Below are positions 36,495 through 50,236 of a stretch of 64,000 nt of DNA, piece by piece. The translations under genes and the position numbers were made by a program. The notes under the pieces were generated by a model. The model was not told where the DNA came from, made no database searches, and saw only the letters and a list, made by a program, of their open reading frames with translations. Position 1 is the stretch's first letter. Each line of letters opens with the position of its first letter. This DNA comes from Octopus vulgaris (Eukaryota), in assembly GCA_951406725.2 (NCBI GenBank), contig OX597823.1, forward strand, positions 43,896,001 through 43,960,000. Reading direction: 5' to 3'.

Positions 36495-36830
36495 GTGTAT
36501 GCACGTATGTGTGCGTATGTGTGTGTGTGATTTTAATTAACGACAAACAATACATGCATTATGCATGTTCATGTTCTGTTCTGTGTTTCTATGGTACTTG
36601 AAATTTATATAAACATTATAGAGAAATACATAAATACATAAATAGTCTTATATATGTAAATACACGTGCGTGTGTGTGTGTAGCTGTATGTGTCTGTGTT
36701 TATCTGTGTATGTCTGTGTCTTTGTATTTGTATGTATGTATGTATGTATGTATGTATGTATGTATGTATGTATGTATGTATGTATGTATGTATGTATGTA
36801 TGTATGTATGTATGTATGTGTGTGTGTCTC
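36190..36830. repeat. (TG)n/(TA)n/(TATG)n microsatellite clusters
   Basis: Directly visible. Confidence 0.95.
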
Positions 36831-39167
36831 TGTATATATGTATCTATGTATGCATACACTTGAAATATCTGTACAAATTGTACGGTGAAACAGTGTGTCA
36901 ACGTTAGGTATAGTCGTACGAATTAAGTTATTCATGCTCTGCTGTATGCTATTGAGTACTTTTGTTTGGTTCGTTATTACTAGCTTAATATACATTTCTT
37001 TGGTGTGTGTGTGCGTGAGTGCGTATTTGTGTGTATGTGTGTGTGTGATTGTGTGTGTTTTAGTTTATGTGTATGTGTCTGTGCTTATGTACAACGATAT
37101 AAAATATGATTCAGTGATATATACTTCACAAGATATAAGTTCAGTGATACGCTTTTAGAGATATATATTCCTTAGAGATGTAGTTCAGCGATGTATACTG
37201 CGATATACACTTCACAGAGTTATGATTTACTGATATGCGGAACGATACAAGAAAAGAAACAAAATGCGGTCGTTATTACAGCATGAATCTACGGATCGAT
37301 ATCTGATTCCATGAAGTGTCTGGTGATCAACTGAAATGGCTTTTGTGTAACACTAATTTTTATAAATATTTAAGCAACGTTGACCAGTCACAAGCTTTCA
37401 GTAAAGTTCCCCAGTAACTCACACTAACTATACAACCAAACCACAGAGCGCTTGACCCATGAAAGTGTTTATAAATACCCTGTAAGTTTATATGTTCCTC
37501 CCTTTGGATGATATTGTAGAGAGTGAATTAAGCTCGGCTTTCTGTAACGGAACTAAGTTGCTATCGCTGCTGCAATTGCAGATTCTTTATTGTTGTTGCA
37601 TTTGTTGTTGTTGTTGATATTGTCTGATTATGTTCAGTTTATTCATTTCTTAATATTGTGTTTTTTTTCTTTCTGTTTTTCCTCGTAACGAAACTCCAAT
37701 GTTTTGACGTGAGTTCAGAAAGAGAGCTAATAAATTATATTAAGGTGTTCACCTCTTGACTTTACTCATTGATCTAATTGTTGGCACCCGCTCTGTAAAA
37801 ATTTCTTTTGCTGTGCAGATATCTTCTTGTGATATATGTGCCAACCGACATTCTTCTTTGATGATGTATAAATATCTCATGCAAAAATATATTCATTACG
37901 TAATGACTCGTCGACAACGATTTGTTTATTCGAAAAGAATAATGTCTTTGATATGTGCAGTCTCTTTTAATATAGAAGAGAATTCCAAAGATTATCAGAA
38001 AACATTTTCGTCTAAACGTTTTTCTACTTCAACCTACTGATTTGTACGAAGTCTGTTAACTTACCGTTATTGCAAACGATATTATTTCTATGTGATTAAA
38101 ACTACAGGAAACAATGAACTATCAGAAACGGTATACCACTGGATTAAATTCATTGTTGTACTTAGACTTGTTTCCTTAAAGTTGCCAGTTCAAATCTTTC
38201 CAGAAATTGTTATTACATAAGAACATGGGTGAGCATGTATGTGTGTGAGCGTATGTGTGTGTATGAGAGAGAGAGAGAGAGAGAGAAAGAGAGGGGTCAT
38301 TCATGAATGCTACTGATAACATGTAACCTGTTGCATGGTCGGACCATTGAAAACTAAACTACCCTCCGTAGTGAGGAGGATGGTTTGTAGACACACTGTA
38401 GAATGAAAAGCAACATTTGTTAAAGGGTGCATTAATTCAGGAGAGTCATCGGCCACCCAATTACGTGATAAGTATATATACATGTGTGTGTGTGTGTGCG
38501 TGCGTGTGTATGTCTGTGTGTGTGTCTGTGTCTGTGTGTGTGCATGCGCATGCACACACGTGTGTAAACAATAAAAAGTCAGGAGGTATGAGAGATGAAT
38601 ATATTTAAAATTATCACTTAACATCCTTAGGTTTACAACCGTTTCGCGGTCTTCTTAATGTAGTTATAATTTCAGTGAGGATTAAAATTGCTTATATGTT
38701 TCCATTAATATGAATTAAACAATACAATTGTATATTCACAAATCTGTGAAAGTAACTAAAGATAACTCATCAAATCAGCAGAAGATCATGGTTACAGAAA
38801 CTATTCAACTTTAAGAATACCTAACAATTTTTCTCTATATACAATGTATGAAAGCCCCAAATTAGCTTTGACTTCATCACTAGAAATTAAAATATGTTGT
38901 TCCATCTCAATTCAGGTGCTAGATACAAGTTACAAGTTCATGGAGTTGGCCATCCTTATGTTATGAAAAACCCCTGGAGGGGACAAAAAGAGGATGTAAA
39001 GTAAATATATATAAAAAATGTAAATAAATAGCTTTAAAAATTATATAAATTCATATAAAGAAAATAAAATTATATATAAACACTCACACGCACGCATACA
39101 CATATATACATCCATACACACACACTCACACACACACACACATACACACACACACACACACAAACAA

Positions 39168-39246
<79 letters not shown>

Positions 39247-39348
39247 GTTGAAATTTATAGAAAGACAAAAGACGAAGTCAAGTGTATAAACAACAGGTGT
39301 ATTAGTTTGACTCTCGGGAAGGTGAGAAAGTCTTTTACGTTTCGAAAC

Positions 39349-39895
39349 GAAGAAGACCAACATCATGAGTCAGGCTACATCGGAAATCCCAAACATACAT
39401 ATTGGAGACCACAGACTACAGGAGGTGGAGAAGTTTACCAATCTTGGCTCTACCGTCACCTACAACCTATCCTTTGATGCTGAGCTAAATATACGCATTG
39501 GCAAGGCAGCTGCTGTGAAGGCCCAACTCTCCAAACGGGCATAGGACAACAATAAGCTGACCACGACCACAAAAATGAAGATTTACCAGGAATGTGTACT
39601 TAGCACTCTACTGTGTGGAAGTGAGACTTAGACGCTATACACATGCCAAGAGCGTCACCTAAATATCTTTCACCTGCGCTGCCTCCGGAAAATCCTTGGC
39701 ATCAAATGACAGAATCATGTCCCCAACAAAGATGTCCTTAAGCAAGCAGGAATACCAAGCATGTTTGCACTCCTCACACAAAGACGTATGAGATGGCTTG
39801 GACATGTTAGCCGTATGGAAGATGGCAGAATCCCCAAGGACATACTCTACAGAGAGCTTGCTAAGGGCAATAGGTCTGTGGGAAGACTGTTCATA

Positions 39896-39899
<4 letters not shown>
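39349..39899 (+). pseudogene. RTE/Bov-B-clade LINE ORF C-terminal fragment
   Basis: KKTNIM...LQEVEKFTNLGS...RIGKAAA...TKMKIY...VLSTLLCGSET*T...FHLRCLRKILGI...QRRMRWLGHVSRMEDGRIPKDILY. Confidence 0.93.
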
Positions 39900-39955
<56 letters not shown>

Positions 39956-40084
39956 TAAACGGGGAATAGATAGTAGGAGATATAAAGATTAAACCGAGAA
40001 ATAGTATTGGAAAGCTTTAAATAGGATTAAAAAGTCACAAGATCACACATAAAAGCTTATCGACATGAAATTGTAGTCATATTT

Positions 40085-41272
40085 TCAAACCATTCTCCTC
40101 CACTAATCCTCTATAGAACGCCTTTATGGAATTGAAATCGCATAAGTTTAGTCCCGGACGGCAGAGTTGCTTCAGAGTAAGGCGGCACTCGCGGTGCCAT
40201 TCGCCTAGCCTCGGTCTCTGTTTGATCCACACCTGCAGTTCGGCCAAAGAGACGAGCTGCGGGAAAGCGCGCGGCACAAACGGTGACCACACCTGTTCAC
40301 CGTCGTCTATGAAGCGCTGGAGATGTCGCAGTCTCAGCGCATGTCTGCGCATTATCAACCACGTCATGCTCACTCCTCCATTTAGCGGGTGTTGACAGCA
40401 AATGGATCGCCTAACCATCGGAAAGCGGAAGAGTATGCGTTCCAGTTTGGAGATGGTAGGGTCGGAACAAGGCACGACGGTCAAATGGTTATCGATGACA
40501 GATGCGATGTATGCGTTTGCCACCTCCACCCGACCTTTTAGGGATAGCTTCCTCTCGGCCCATTGCTGGGTGAGAGTGGCCACCCTACTCGTTATCTCGC
40601 CCCAGTTCTTCTCGATTTGGATGTCCGGACCGAACCAGACTCCGAGCAATTTAACCTGTACATCGGTCCAGCGTCCCACGATGGAGACACTGTTGGACAG
40701 CATGGGCATGCTTCTCCAGGTGCCGAGTCGCAAGCCCACTGACTTTTTCCGGTTAATTTTTTGCTCCCGTAACCGCTTCGTATTCTTTTAGTGTCTCGCC
40801 GACCAGGTCAATATGCCTGTGGCTCGACACAGCATGGTGACGTCGTCTGCGTATGCAGACACGCTCCTCCCGCATCCCAGCTCTCGCGGGATACCCCTCA
40901 GCTCGCCAGCTTCCGCAGTAGTGGCTCAAGAGTCAATACATACAGAAGCGACGAGAGGGGGCATCCTTGACGAACCGAACGCGTGATGTTAAATGGTCTG
41001 GACAGATGACCATTTACGCGAACTACCGAGCGAATGCCGCTCTATAAGGCAGCGATCCAACCGCAGAAGGCGGGACCGATCCCAGCCGCTCTAAGGACAG
41101 CCTCAAAGTAGCGATGGTCTACCCCATTGAAAGCTTTTGAATGATCCAACTTGATCAGCGCCCCACCCATTCCAGGTTCCTTAACTACTCTGTCTATGAT
41201 GTAGTGCATCAGATGGAGGTTGTCATGGACATTCCTACCCAGCACGGCGCACGTTTGCTCCTTGTCGACCAG
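40085..41272 (-). pseudogene. L1/Tx1-clade LINE reverse transcriptase fragment
   Basis: EQTCAV.GR.VHDNL; LDHSKAFNGVDH; SVRQGCPLSSLLY; AYADDVT; KLLGVWF; W..RKLSLKGRV. Confidence 0.9.
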
Positions 41273-41283
41273 TATGTATATAA

Positions 41284-41316
<33 letters not shown>

Positions 41317-42264
41317 CAACAGTTTTCTGATACACAGAACTAATATCCGTCATACATAAATACGCTGTTTGGTTTCCAATCTGAAAAGCATTTCACTTCC
41401 TTCATTTCATTAATGCCATTAAATGTTTCACAATTTTATTTCTCTTCCTATATACAAAATATATGGTCCCTTGTGCATGTAATAAATTAATAATATTATG
41501 GATTGAATGTAATTATATTTTAGCTTTTTCAGGTCCCAGTGATCACCCGAATAAACGATTGTCTTCATGCTTATATTTATATGTAAGAAATAAACAAAGT
41601 AACTGATTTACTCGATTGTTCTTTAAGACATTTTTCACGAAGTGGAATGTGTTTTCCCTTGTTACTATGGATGCACGTAAGGCACAACTCATACACACCC
41701 ATTTGTTTCTGCTAGATCGTAAAACAGTGATGTTTCTTGTTATAATATTATTGACGAAAGAAAGGAGCAAATACAATTTTATTCAGGCGAATAGAATATC
41801 GAAATACATGAAGTATAGTTTATCAGTTTATAGCATCATATTTCATGTTGGGATCGACAGTTTGCCAACATGAAAATTTCGACTGTGTAGAAACAGCAAA
41901 GAGACGTCGATTGATCAAATACAGATAGTAAATTTTAACTGGTTTGAAATGGCCGCTATGTTGGCCACACAGGAATTATGTATTGAAATGACGATTGACT
42001 AGACATCGCATTTCAATATCGAATAGAAGAACACAGTAAATTTAGACAGGACAAACTTTCACAGTTGATTTTCAATTACTCTTGCACGTTTCATCTGTAA
42101 GCAATAAACTAGAGAAGGATGGATGGGCTACGTCGGGCTATTGCTTACGGCGGAAATCATCCCCGACAAACACTACACAGAAACGAAGTCCTCGGCAGTA
42201 ATACAACATCCCGATAATACTTACAGGACATTTCCGTTTTCATTTCGTTTTATTGACTTCCGGA

Positions 42265-42300
42265 TGTATATATAAAGATATATGTATATATATATGTATG

Positions 42301-42356
<56 letters not shown>

Positions 42357-42566
42357 CGTATATATATATGTGTGTGTAAATGTGTGTATGTATGTATATG
42401 TATATATAGACATATATGTATATATATAGACATATGTGTATATATATATATACATATATATATTACATATACATATATATGTATGTATATATTATATGTG
42501 TATATATGTGTGTATATCTATATCTATCTATATATGTATGTATCTACACACACATACATATATACA

Positions 42567-42655
<89 letters not shown>

Positions 42656-42893
42656 GAAAGTTTAATTGAATTCGAAGAGAAGTCGATGCTGGCGGGAATA
42701 AAGTCGTTGGTGAAACAACCATCTATTCATACTGAAAACACCGGTTCTACTTCAGTGATTAAAGGGGCTGCTTCTTTACATCTTTTTGTATATTATTAAC
42801 ACAAGATGGAGAAGGGGGAGGAGGAGGGGAAGAAGAAGAAGAAGAAGAAGAAGAAGAAGAAAAGAAGAAGAAGAAGAAGAAGAAGAAGAAGAA

Positions 42894-42924
<31 letters not shown>

Positions 42925-42982
42925 TTGAGTATTTCGTTATGAACATGACGACGGCAACAACAACAACAACAACAATAACAAC

Positions 42983-43075
<93 letters not shown>

Positions 43076-43120
43076 GATATTGATGATACTGAGGATGATG
43101 ACGACAACGATGATGATGAT
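42265..43120. repeat. Compound (TA)n, (GAA)n, (CAA)n, (TAA)n, (GAT)n microsatellites
   Basis: Directly visible. Confidence 0.95.
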
Positions 43121-43356
43121 AGATTTAAAATGATAAAATAATAGTATCAATTTTTCTTTAGGTTTTATTCTATCGGCAAATAAATTTCTCTTCCAATAAA
43201 ATATATTATATAATTAGATACTGAACCTAGTTGACTCACTATTTCAAAAGCTTAGGATAACTTCTCAAAATAACAACAACACCAGGAACAACAACAAAGA
43301 CGAAGATGACGACGACAGCGAAAACATAATATTTTTTTTTGTCACTCTTTTTTTTT

Positions 43357-43752
43357 TCTTTTACTTGTTTCAGTCATTTGACTGCGGCCATGCTGGAGCA
43401 CCGCCTTTAATCGAGCAACTCGACCCAATGACTTATTCTTTTGTAAGCCCAGTACTTATTCTATCGGTCTCTTTTGCCGAACCGCTAAGTAACGGGGACA
43501 TAAACACACCAGCATCGGTTGTCAAGCAATGCTAGGGGGACAAACACAGTCACACAAACACATACGCATACATACATATATATATATGCGACAGGCTTCT
43601 TTCAGTTTCCGTCTACCAAATCCGCTCACAAGGCTTTGGTCGGCCCGAGGCTATAGTAGAAGACAGTTGCCCAAGGTGCCACGCAGTGGGACTGAACCCG
43701 GAACCATGTGGTCGGTAAACAAGCTACTTACCACACAGCCACTTCTGCGCCT
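43357..43752 (-). mobile_element. SINE family A, full length (best copy)
   Basis: Minus strand head GGCGCAGAAGTGGCTGTGTGGTAAG...GGGTTCAGTCCCACTGCG (A/B-box-like), core GTGAGCGGATTTGGTAGACGGAAACTGAAAGAAGCC, tail ATGACTGAAACAAGTAAAAG. Confidence 0.92.
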
Positions 43753-44401
43753 ATTAATTATTTCTACTATAAACATAAGGCGTGTAATTTTTCAGGGAGC
43801 CAACGATTCTGCCAGCTCGCCGTCTTAATAATAATAACCCCCTACCATCCAAGATTTCTCTGACCACCAAGGGCAAATGGGCCGTCCAATTCCTGTTCTC
43901 CAACTCACCGGTCTATACTCAGAGCAGTACCATTCACTCTTGCCACATCGCAACCTTTACCCACTGTTCAATAAATTCACTTCTCCACCCTCACTTTCCT
44001 TTTCAAATGAAACATGGAAAAGGAGATGAGGGCTGTATCAAAGAGGAATGTCTCTTCCTCATATCTTTCAATCTCGTCCATCAGACAACCACTTCTGCCA
44101 CAGCCACTTGGCAGAGGAAAACTGCCTTACTTGCCTCATTAAATGAAGGCGGTGGAGAAATCATCACAGTTGAACGCAGCCGATCGACGGATCTGTGCAA
44201 CACGCGACAGCAGCTATTCAGGATACTTCCACAAATCAGCAATGATCGGACAAAGAACGAGTACGTGTGGAACAGTTTCGTCGCTATGCGCACACCCCGG
44301 ATAAGCCCGTGTGATAGCACATTTGTGCCTGTAGAGTTTATCTCAAAATGGTAGCACCCTTGGTAACACTGCCAACGACTTGTGGAAATTTTCCTTGGTA
44401 G

Positions 44402-44830
44402 CACCCGACAAGAAAGCCCTCCGGAACAGACTAGTAGTAGTAGTAGTAGTAGATAAAGATAATAGAAAATGCCAGTTAATTGACTTTACCGTCCCAAATT
44501 ATGAAAAAATTAATACGAGAGGTATAGAAAAAATAGCAAAGTACCAGGACCTAACCATTGAATTACAGAGACTATGGAAATTGCGGGTAAAATGTATCTC
44601 AGTATCTCAATAGTTATAGGTGCATCGGGAACTATCCCTAAAGATTTGAAAAACTGAATAGAGGAAATAGGCATAAAATCCAGTGTGGTACAGCTCCAGA
44701 AAACTGCTATTAGGGACAGCTAAGATACTTACGAGGGTTCTTGGCATCTAAGGTAACTTGCTGTAGCCCGACGTTAGGAATTTTTCTTTTCCAACAGTCT
44801 AATCTGTTGTGTGTATATGAATAACAATAA
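44402..44830 (+). pseudogene. R4/Dong-type non-LTR retrotransposon, restriction-like endonuclease 3' end
   Basis: VVVDKDNRKCQLIDFTVP...EKIAKYQDLTIELQRLWK...VIGASGTIPK...LQKTA.LGTAKIL..VL. Confidence 0.85.
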
Positions 44831-44854
44831 TCATATAAAGGCACATGGTTATCT

Positions 44855-45224
44855 TGGGAGAGTGTTATCTTATATCGATCCCGAAAGGATGTAAGGCAAA
44901 ATCGACCTCGGCGGAATTTGAACTGAGAACGAAAAGTCGGATGAAATACCACTAAGCATTTCGCCCCATGTGCTAACTATTCCGCCAATTCGTTTCCTTA
45001 ATAATAGTAATAATCCTTTCCATTATAGGCACAGGGCCTGAAATTTGCGTGGAGGGGATAAGTCAGTTACAACGACCCAGGTGCATAACTGATACTTATC
45101 TAATCGAGCCCGAAAGGATGAAAGGCAAAGTCGACCTCGCTGAAATTTGAACTCAGAACGTAAATACGGACGAAATGTCGCTAAGCATTGTGCCCGGCAT
45201 AGTAAAGATTCTGTCAGCTAACTG

Positions 45225-45302
<78 letters not shown>

Positions 45303-45510
45303 CTCTAAGCACAAGGCGTTGAAAATTTGTGAGGGAAAGGGTGCTAGTCGATAACGTTGACCTCAGTACGTAATTGGTACTTATTTCAATGATCCCGAAA
45401 GAATCAAAAGCAATGTAGACCTGAAGGGAATTTGAACTCAGAACGTAAATACGGACGAAATGTCCTCTAAGTGTTGTGTCCGGCGTGCTAACGATTCTGC
45501 CAGCTAGCTG
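44855..45510 (-). mobile_element. Three consecutive SINE family B copies (~44855-45000, 45013-45222, 45303-45510)
   Basis: Each carries CCCGAAAG..T..AAG.CAA..T.GACCT...AATTTGAACT.AGAACG. Confidence 0.88.
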
Positions 45511-45584
<74 letters not shown>

Positions 45585-45587
<3 letters not shown>

Positions 45588-46047
45588 GGGCTACAGCAAA
45601 TATTCTGCTCAATACCGCAGATTTGCTTGTCAGTTGTTTGACCTTAACCAGTTGAGCATGTCCCTTAGTGGCTGACGATATGTGCATCTCTGATCACGAG
45701 CAGAAGTAGTGGGGGAGCATCATAGCCATGTGTTGAGAGGGATTCTTTGGGGTTTGAATAGTTCACCTCTGGAAACATGGGTGGTTCTTTCAACATCCTT
45801 AAACAACCCTTATTCAGGGACCGTTTGAGCGGGATGGGCTACTCAACCTGAAGAAAATTCTAACTGGGCCCCACCTGCAAGGTCATGTGCTGTTTATCTT
45901 GATATGAGATCCCCATGTCGCGCACATATGGTTGTGATGCATGTGCCTGGTGTACCCTTATCAGACGGGTAGTCATGATGGGTATACTGGGCTTCGTATA
46001 TTTTACCCCAGTGTCACTTTGATGGCATGAACTGCTCTCTCACTCAA
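45585..46047 (+). mobile_element. ~460-bp non-coding interspersed element inserted in a (TAA)n tract; diverged partial copy at ~47025-47218 (minus)
   Basis: Flanked on both sides by (AAT)n; ATCAGACGGG.AGTCATGATGGGTATA.TGG.CTTCGTA and CATGTCGCGCA shared with the reverse complement of 47025-47218. Confidence 0.82.
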
Positions 46048-46074
46048 TAATAATAATAATAATAATAATAATGA

Positions 46075-46119
<45 letters not shown>

Positions 46120-46720
46120 AATAATAATATATTTAGTATCTAACCATGCGATTCTCTGTTTGAAATCTCTGAAATGAAGAAATTAGAAGAGAAAGTTGTC
46201 AGAAGAGAATACAAGAGTCATCTGTTAGAGGAAACGGTTAAAATATTTCAAATGACCGACACCAGCCTAACCCCACCTTTGAAGTTAATCACAAATCTTG
46301 AACGCGGGTCCACGCATACATACGCACACATGCACACACACACACAGACACACACACACACACACAGACGCGCAAACAAGACATACATACATATACACAC
46401 ATGTACGTGTATGTATGTGTATGTATGTGTCTTTGTGTCTCTGTGTGTGAACAACATATATGCAGATATATATATCAAGAATATTTGAGTTAGACACTCA
46501 GTCACACATAACCCCTGCACATTCACACATACACACACACATATTTTTTTATAAATAGGTATATGTATGCGTATATTCGATTTATATTGTATATACTGTG
46601 TATAAGTAAACATTATTCTTACGTAAATATGTTTGTGTGCATATATACGTACATTTACATACATAAATACATATATACATACATATATGCATACATACAC
46701 ATGCTTATATATACACGCAT

Positions 46721-46955
46721 AAAGGCGGCGAGCTGGCAGAAACGTTAGCACGCCGGGCGAAATGCGTAGCCGTATTTCGTCTGCCGTTACGTTCTGAGTT
46801 CAAATTCCGCCGAGGTTGACTTTGCCTTTCATCCTTTCAGGGTAGATAAATTAAGTACCAGTTACGCACTGGGGTCGATGTAATCGACTTAATTCGTTTG
46901 TCTGTCCTTGTTTGTCCCTTCTATGTTTAGCCCCTTGTAGGTAATAAAGAAACAA
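46721..46955 (+). mobile_element. SINE family B, full length (best copy)
   Basis: GGCGGCGAGCTGGCAGAAACGTTAGCACGCCGGGCG...GAGTTCAAATTCC (B box)...GACTTTGCCTTTCATCCTTTC...TAAAGAAA. Confidence 0.92.
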
Positions 46956-47963
46956 ATATATATACACGCATACATATTTATGTATAAGATTATTATTATT
47001 GTTGTTGTAGTTTTCGTTGTTGTTTTTGAGTGATAGAGTAACACACGCCATGAAAGAGGCGCTGGAATACAAATGTACGAAGTCCAATATACCCATCATG
47101 ACTGCCCGTCTGATATGAGTATATCACGTACATGCATCACAATGATATATGCGCGACATGGTGACAGAATATCAAGAGAAACAGTGCAGCACCTTGCATG
47201 GGGGGCCCATTTAGAATTAGATGCGTGCAAAGTAATTGGTTCTCTGAGTACATGTGTTAGAGAGAATGAGTTTTTGTATACGTGTGCACGTGTACGTCTG
47301 TGCGTTCGCTGGTGTTTGTAGTTGTGATTGGTAAAAAGCCTGTTTCTATGTATCAACTGGTCGTTTTTTAGAGCTAGAGGATGTGTAAGTGTGGGCGTCA
47401 GAGCATGGTGTGCGTGTGCGTATGTGTGTATGAGGGGGAAGTGCTTGTGTGTACTATCTAGCTGCGTCATTTTTTCACCGTTCGAATGACATTCCATTTT
47501 TATTCTAATCGTGGTATCAAATGGTTAAACAACGCTTTTATTTCTCAAATTAGGATTCATGAAATACTTTTCCTTTTTGAGAAACAACTGTCTAAATTCC
47601 GTAATCTTTTCATTTTCTTATCGACGACAGGTGAATAAACAACGATAAAACAACTGTTCCTATGGTAACACACAGTTGCAACTTCCGTTATGTCGGAAAT
47701 TTAGGCTCCTGGTTTGCTAAAATTATGCATTTTAAGTACTCATTACGTTTTTAATAATTAATTACCAGAAAAAAAAAATGAATGCGGTTTTCGTCATAAG
47801 CATGCAAAACAATATCAGTATAAAAAATTCGAAAAAAAGTCTGGCGAAAATTTGAAGTAAGTGGCAGGAAGAATTTTAAAAAGACCCGAGGTGACAACTG
47901 TTTAAAAAAGAATGTAGTTTCCAAATTTGTTCCCTACTAAGACTAAATCATTAGTACGACATA

Positions 47964-49590
47964 CAGTGGCGGCCAAAATGTTCAGAACGGCATTGTTTTC
48001 GTCAGAAAAGTAGATATAATTTTTTAGAAAAGTTTGTTTTATATTCTATAATTTTCACAGACAATAAATACGATATTATTTGTTATTGCCTGAGATTTTG
48101 GTGTAATTTGAGAGGATAATACAAAAGTTATGGATGATTTAGTGATTTACTGCAAAACCTATGGCGGCCAAAATGATCAGAACGGTTGCTTTTGCTCCGT
48201 GTTTTAGCATATTTAACCGGCGAACTCTAATGTTTTGAATTTGTTTACGTGACGGTTCGTTTACTAAACATTAGTAAGAATATTTGCAGTGTACTTTGTT
48301 AATATAATGCCACTTACTCCGTTACCAATTCGTCAGCAGATTATTAAGCTTCGAAGGAAGGATAATTTAAGTATTGGATCTATTGCAAAGATTGTTATGT
48401 CAAAAAGTGTTGTACACGGTATTCTTAAGGTCTACGATGATTGTGGTTCGTGTGAAGCAAGAAAGTTTACAGATAGGCCAAGAAAAACGACCAAGAGAGA
48501 AGATCGTGCTATGGTAAAGTTGGTTAAAAAGTACAGATTTAAAACTGCTGCTGCTGTTTCTCGGAAAATGAGCATTGTATTGAAGAAAACTTTATCTCGA
48601 AAAACTGTGTCTCGTCGTTTAGTTGAACATGACCTACAAGCAAGAGCACCTGCAGTGAAGCCACTGATCAGCTCCAAGAATAAAAAGTGTCGTCTTACCT
48701 TTGCAACCGAACATGTGTTGTGGTCTCAAGAAAAATGGCAAACGGTGCATTTCAGTGATGAATCTAAGTTTATGTTATTTGGCTCAGATGGGAAAAGGTA
48801 CGTTCGTAGAAAAGTAGGTGAAAAATTGTCGCCTAAATTCCTTAAGACTAGTGTTAAATTCGGTGGAGGAAGTGTCATGGTTTGGGGGATGATATCTGGA
48901 GATGGTGTGGGCCCTTTGGTGCGATTACATGGAAAGGTAAATGCAGGAGTTTATAAACAACTTGTAAAAGATTATGTCTTGCCTGTGCTGAGAAATTCAA
49001 CTAAGCGACCACCCATATTCATGCAGGACAATGCCCCATGTCACAAGGCTAAGGTGGTCATGAACTTCTTCAAGGCTGAAAAGGTTATTGTTATGGATTG
49101 GCCTGCTCAAAGCCCAGATCTCAATCCTATTGAAAATGTATGGAATATTCTAGGAGAACGTTCGAAAGTCAGAAATCCTAAAACAACTGAGCAATTATGG
49201 AACGCCCTTCAGGAAGAATGGAATAAGATCACCCAGCAAAAAATTGAAAATTTAATTTCCTCATGCAGTCAAAGATGTCAGAGTGTGATTGAAGCTAAAG
49301 GGCTTCACACTAAATATTAAATAATTCCAGTATTCTCTGTCATTTTTGATTATTTTGTTATTTTTTCAACCGTTCTGATCATTTTGGCCGCCATGGGTTT
49401 TGCAGTAAATCACTAAATCATCCATAACATTTGTATTATCTTCTCAAATTACACCAAAATCTCAGACAATAACAATTAATATTATATTTATTGTCTGTGA
49501 AAATTATAGAATATAAAACAACTTTGATAAAAACTTATACCTACTTTTCTGACGAAAACAATGCCGTTCTGAACATTTTGGCCGCAACTG
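47964..49590 (+). mobile_element. Full-length Tc1 transposon of IR/DR type (1627 bp, ~225-bp TIRs, TA target duplication)
   Basis: TA|CAGTGGCGGCCAAAATG...CATTTTGGCCGCAACTG|TA; TIRs 47964-48188 and 49367-49590; each TIR contains two copies of GCGGCCAAAATG(T/A)TCAGAACGG. Confidence 0.97.
48307..49320 (+). CDS. Tc1 DD34E transposase (337 aa from ATG 48307)
   Basis: Paired-like HTH, (G>D)RPRKTT, FSDESKF, VKFGGGSVMVWG, QDNAPCH, WPAQSPDLNPIE; 34 residues between second D and E; no stop or frameshift. Confidence 0.96.
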   Translation: MPLTPLPIRQQIIKLRRKDNLSIGSIAKIVMSKSVVHGILKVYDDCGSCEARKFTDRPRKTTKREDRAMVKLVKKYRFKTAAAVSRKMSIVLKKTLSRKTVSRRLVEHDLQARAPAVKPLISSKNKKCRLTFATEHVLWSQEKWQTVHFSDESKFMLFGSDGKRYVRRKVGEKLSPKFLKTSVKFGGGSVMVWGMISGDGVGPLVRLHGKVNAGVYKQLVKDYVLPVLRNSTKRPPIFMQDNAPCHKAKVVMNFFKAEKVIVMDWPAQSPDLNPIENVWNILGERSKVRNPKTTEQLWNALQEEWNKITQQKIENLISSCSQRCQSVIEAKGLHTKY

Positions 49591-49848
49591 TATGTAACCA
49601 TTACACCATTTCAAAAATCAAAGGATTCATAAAACGTAGCGCTTCGATACAATTTAAATAGTTCCTGCTTTTCATAAATTTGTAACATTCTTATAGTCTT
49701 CAACATATCCCTAGAGTTTCCATGGATATTGCAAAAAAAAAAATAAAAAATAATAATAATAATAATAATGTATACTATGAGTTTCTTTGCCTAGGAGTCG
49801 GGAAGACACTCGGCAAGAAATGGAAGCAAATTTGAAAGAAGAAAAAAA

Positions 49849-50236
<388 letters not shown>

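Noticed and set aside
40045-40092. Minus-strand UGAAAA..GAC..GUC-GAUA-AGCUU hammerhead-like relic
   Set aside because: Too many core mismatches to support
42080-42175. GTAAGCAATA / TATTGCTTAC inverted repeat
   Set aside because: Short stem and no complete ribozyme core or element boundaries identifiable
42672-42730. UCGAAGA...GAAAC hammerhead-like layout next to (TA)n
   Set aside because: Stems II and III pair poorly; may be a relic but unsupported from this copy
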